Below are positions 61,450-64,000 of a stretch of 64,000 nucleotides of DNA, one piece after another (position 1 is the first letter of the stretch; every line of letters starts with the position of its first letter). Origin of the DNA: Bacteriovoracaceae bacterium (GTDB lineage: Bacteria; Bdellovibrionota; Bacteriovoracia; Bacteriovoracales; Bacteriovoracaceae); assembly GCA_041586955.1 (NCBI GenBank), contig JBFGZE010000007.1:1-64000 (forward strand). Reading direction: 5' to 3'. The position numbers were made by a program, and so were the translations under genes. The notes under the pieces were generated by a model. The model made no database searches, was not told where the DNA came from, and worked only from the letters and a program-made list of their open reading frames with translations.

Positions 61450-62004
61450 TTACAAACCTAATTTCCAGTATTTATATTGTCCCAAAAAGGTAATAAGGCG
61501 CTGGGCCCCTATTCCCATAAAAAGCCAACTGGCCATAAAAAGAAAACCGGTGTTCATGGCATAAGTTTCAAATGAAAGATGGGCGCCCATCAAAAGTCCT
61601 AAATTGAAAAGGCCATAGGTCAATGTCGCGTACCAGGAAAGTTTGGCGATACGAGTGCGCTCAAGAGGTCTTAAAAGAGCGAGAGAGAGAAGAGCACCGA
61701 GGCCCATAAAAACCAGGCCACAATAAGCACCGCAAAGGGCGGGATGAATTTCCATGAGAGAGTGGCCAAGACGATGGCCAAGCTGATTGAGAGCAAAGGG
61801 AATGCGCACACCAAATTGGGGGCAGATACTAAGGGTTAGAATCGATGCCATAAAATGTAGCCCAAAAAACTTGAGATAGAGGTGTTGTTTGGAGGTGTTT
61901 AAGTCGCGAAGAATATCATCTTTAATGGCCAAGGGGCGCGGTGGCGGTACAAGGTTGTCTTCTCGAAGAAATTCATTTAATTCCTCATTGAGATTTTTAT
62001 TCAT
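61450..62004 (-). CDS. Putative membrane anti-sigma factor with Cys motifs
   Basis: Overlaps ECF stop, AAGGAGG RBS, about 4 TM helices, SICPQFG and LCGAYCG. Confidence 0.65.
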   Translation of the reverse strand: MNKNLNEELNEFLREDNLVPPPRPLAIKDDILRDLNTSKQHLYLKFFGLHFMASILTLSICPQFGVRIPFALNQLGHRLGHSLMEIHPALCGAYCGLVFMGLGALLSLALLRPLERTRIAKLSWYATLTYGLFNLGLLMGAHLSFETYAMNTGFLFMASWLFMGIGAQRLITFLGQYKYWKLGL

Positions 62005-62527
62005 GACAATCCTCCTTATCGGCAAAAATATTTTTTAATTTGGCGAGCAGGCGGCTTATTCTTTTTCGGCCTTGGGCCTCTGTGAGTTCCAACTCCCGCG
62101 CCAATTCTTTAAAGGTCAAACCCTCTACCATTCGTCTGTCAAAAAGTGGCCTCTCTTTTGGGCCCAGTGCTTGATAAATTTGTTGCCATAAAATGGCCTG
62201 ATCAAAAGTATTCTCCACCGCTAAATGCTCATCTAAAAATGGCACCTGATGGGGTGGCAATTGGCGCCAATGATCAATCAATGTATGTCTTATTAAAACA
62301 AAAAACCATGGCGCAAATGGTTTATCACATTGGAAGAGCCCGCGTTTAAGATGAAGCTTGAGCCAGATCTTTTGTGCTAAATCATGGACGTCATCTTCCG
62401 TCAGGTATTTCCGTAAATAAGAAATGACCTTGGAAAAATAACGAGCATAAAGCTCTTCAAACGCCTCGCTGTTATCCTGCAGGTAAGCGGCCATCAATTG
62501 GCCATCTGTTAATTCATTCATTTTCAT
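61997..62527 (-). CDS. ECF RNA polymerase sigma factor
   Basis: TD..LM......EAFEELY.RY, DL.Q..WLK, F.PW...RH..ID..R, GLTFKELA. Confidence 0.9.
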   Translation of the reverse strand: MKMNELTDGQLMAAYLQDNSEAFEELYARYFSKVISYLRKYLTEDDVHDLAQKIWLKLHLKRGLFQCDKPFAPWFFVLIRHTLIDHWRQLPPHQVPFLDEHLAVENTFDQAILWQQIYQALGPKERPLFDRRMVEGLTFKELARELELTEAQGRKRISRLLAKLKNIFADKEDCHE

Positions 62528-62552
62528 CGACAACGGACGCCTTTTTAAGGAA

Positions 62553-62578
62553 TACGGGCCAAGGCCTGGTTTTGTGAC
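62553..62578 (-). promoter_or_regulatory. Probable autoregulatory ECF promoter
   Basis: GTCACA-N16-CGTA immediately upstream of the ECF gene. Confidence 0.55.
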
Positions 62579-62682
62579 AATTTTATCAGAAAAAACGATA
62601 ACGCGCAGAAATTAGGTGTGAGGGAGATCAATCAAGTTGGTTATTTTCTGGCAATACGCCAGTATAGAGTGAGGATAATGGA

Positions 62683-63273
62683 CTAGAGAAGTTCAACGAT
62701 CAATTGGTTATTATTGAATAATTTAATATCAAGAGCACGGGCCTTTAGGCGGATCAATTGCATTTGAACCTTGGCCTTTATACGATTGGCCTTAACTTCT
62801 TTACCGTTGATGGGGATAAAAACCTGGGCCTCACAACCTTTTCCCTGGGTTTTTTTTTCGACATTGATTTTAAAGCTGCGGCCCAATTTAAAACGGTGCT
62901 GGTCAACATTCTTTAAAATGGCCGCCAACCTCTTTGGAGGGGTCCAGTTAAGGGTATGCTTGTCAATAAACTTGAGCTGCTTTTGCTTCAAAGGAACGAG
63001 CTTTTTCCCCAAATAACTACGAGTTTCACAGGGAATGATTCCCTTTTTACGCATCCCGTAGTTTTTCCAATAGGGGACCATGGTTTTTTGTTTTTTGATT
63101 TCACAATTAGAATTAGTCCGGAGATTGATTTTAAAATCACCTATGCCCTCAATAGAAATTGTCACGGCATCAGTTGTACCTTTAAGCATTTTGCATTGAT
63201 AATCTAAATCGCCAGCGTAATTAGGTGAAATGATGAGTAAAATGAGAATAATGAGCATGAGCCATTTTTCCAT
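62683..63273 (-). CDS. Secreted basic hypothetical protein
   Basis: Signal peptide, four Cys, K-rich. Confidence 0.65.
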   Translation of the reverse strand: MEKWLMLIILILLIISPNYAGDLDYQCKMLKGTTDAVTISIEGIGDFKINLRTNSNCEIKKQKTMVPYWKNYGMRKKGIIPCETRSYLGKKLVPLKQKQLKFIDKHTLNWTPPKRLAAILKNVDQHRFKLGRSFKINVEKKTQGKGCEAQVFIPINGKEVKANRIKAKVQMQLIRLKARALDIKLFNNNQLIVELL

Positions 63274-63384
63274 TAGGATCCTCTTTTTTAGGGTGTTTTG
63301 AGCTAGCTATGGGTTATACCAGGTTTTAGAAAACGAACAATGCGATGTGTAAAAAATGCGGGCCTGGGGACCAGGGAGAAGCTA

Positions 63385-64000
63385 TTAATAGGGCAGTAGA
63401 GCGACGGCGACCTGGTCTAATTGCCATGAGGGGTTTGTGGAATTGAGGTTTTCACCGTCTAAGAGCCGCTGATAAACGGCAAGATAATCTGCTGTGTGGC
63501 GGGCCATGGCGAAATTATCCTCAATATGCTGGCGGATGGCCTGAGGATCAAAGCTGCGCCCAGGGTCCTGAATTAGCGCTAGAAGCTCTTTTTGATTATG
63601 GGCAATAAGCCCAGTCTTTTCGCTGATAAGCTCTGGTAGGGAGCCGTAAGGGCCGCCAATCACGGGTAGGCCCAGGGCCTGGGCCTCAATAATGGCGATG
63701 CCAAAGGGCTCATGCCAGCGCACGGGAAAGAGCAGGCAATCGGAGTTTTTGATAATATTAAGTTTATCAGCGCCACCCACCATGCCATAAGAGGTGGTAT
63801 AGCGAGATGGCCAAATATCACGGCCGCCGGCAATATGAAGCTCTTTTCGGGCCTGTTTACAGGCCTTGATACAGCCTTTGAGGTTTTTTACCTTCCACGA
63901 CCCTTTGGCCAAAAAGAGGAACTTCTCCCATGAGAATTGGCGCTCCTGATAAGGGTATTCGCTTAAATCGAGGGCATTATAAATAAATTGATCACTGCCA
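63385..64000 (-). CDS. Glycosyltransferase family 4 (GT-B), 5'-truncated by window edge
   Basis: FP.RW.EPFGIAIIEA.A.G.PVI....GSLPELI; frame open to the window end. Confidence 0.9.
   Translation of the reverse strand, partial: GSDQFIYNALDLSEYPYQERQFSWEKFLFLAKGSWKVKNLKGCIKACKQARKELHIAGGRDIWPSRYTTSYGMVGGADKLNIIKNSDCLLFPVRWHEPFGIAIIEAQALGLPVIGGPYGSLPELISEKTGLIAHNQKELLALIQDPGRSFDPQAIRQHIEDNFAMARHTADYLAVYQRLLDGENLNSTNPSWQLDQVAVALLPY

Overview
A ~40% GC, gene-dense chromosomal segment. Gene content (short 277-aa flagellin, CarD, several FHA proteins, GS type III, many secreted hypothetical proteins) suggests a Bdellovibrionota predator, most likely Bacteriovoracaceae; this assignment is inference. 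Recognisable housekeeping genes are murD, serC, tgt, queE, dksA, sdhCAB, sucCD, ndk, carD, uvrB, glnN-type glutamine synthetase and a flagellin. I saw no rRNA, tRNA, CRISPR array, integrase or transposase. The most interesting signals are: (1) an orphan, consensus sigma-54 promoter followed by a GGA-loop hairpin and an intrinsic terminator, i.e. a candidate ~90-nt sRNA at 43.5 kb; (2) a membrane adenylate cyclase with a TPR-like insert inside the cyclase domain, fused to a degenerate HD-GYP domain; (3) two giant pseudo-receiver/acidic-disordered proteins, each translationally coupled to a c-di-GMP-family domain gene (GGDEF in one case, dead HD-GYP plus CheY-like in the other), one behind an apparently leaderless sigma-28 promoter; (4) two divergent secreted-protein genes whose 5' ends overlap across a palindrome so that both read MAII; and (5) a cell-shape-like operon of an LDT-NTF2 enzyme, a membrane coiled-coil protein and a bactofilin. 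No database searches could be run, so all family calls rest on motif recognition.
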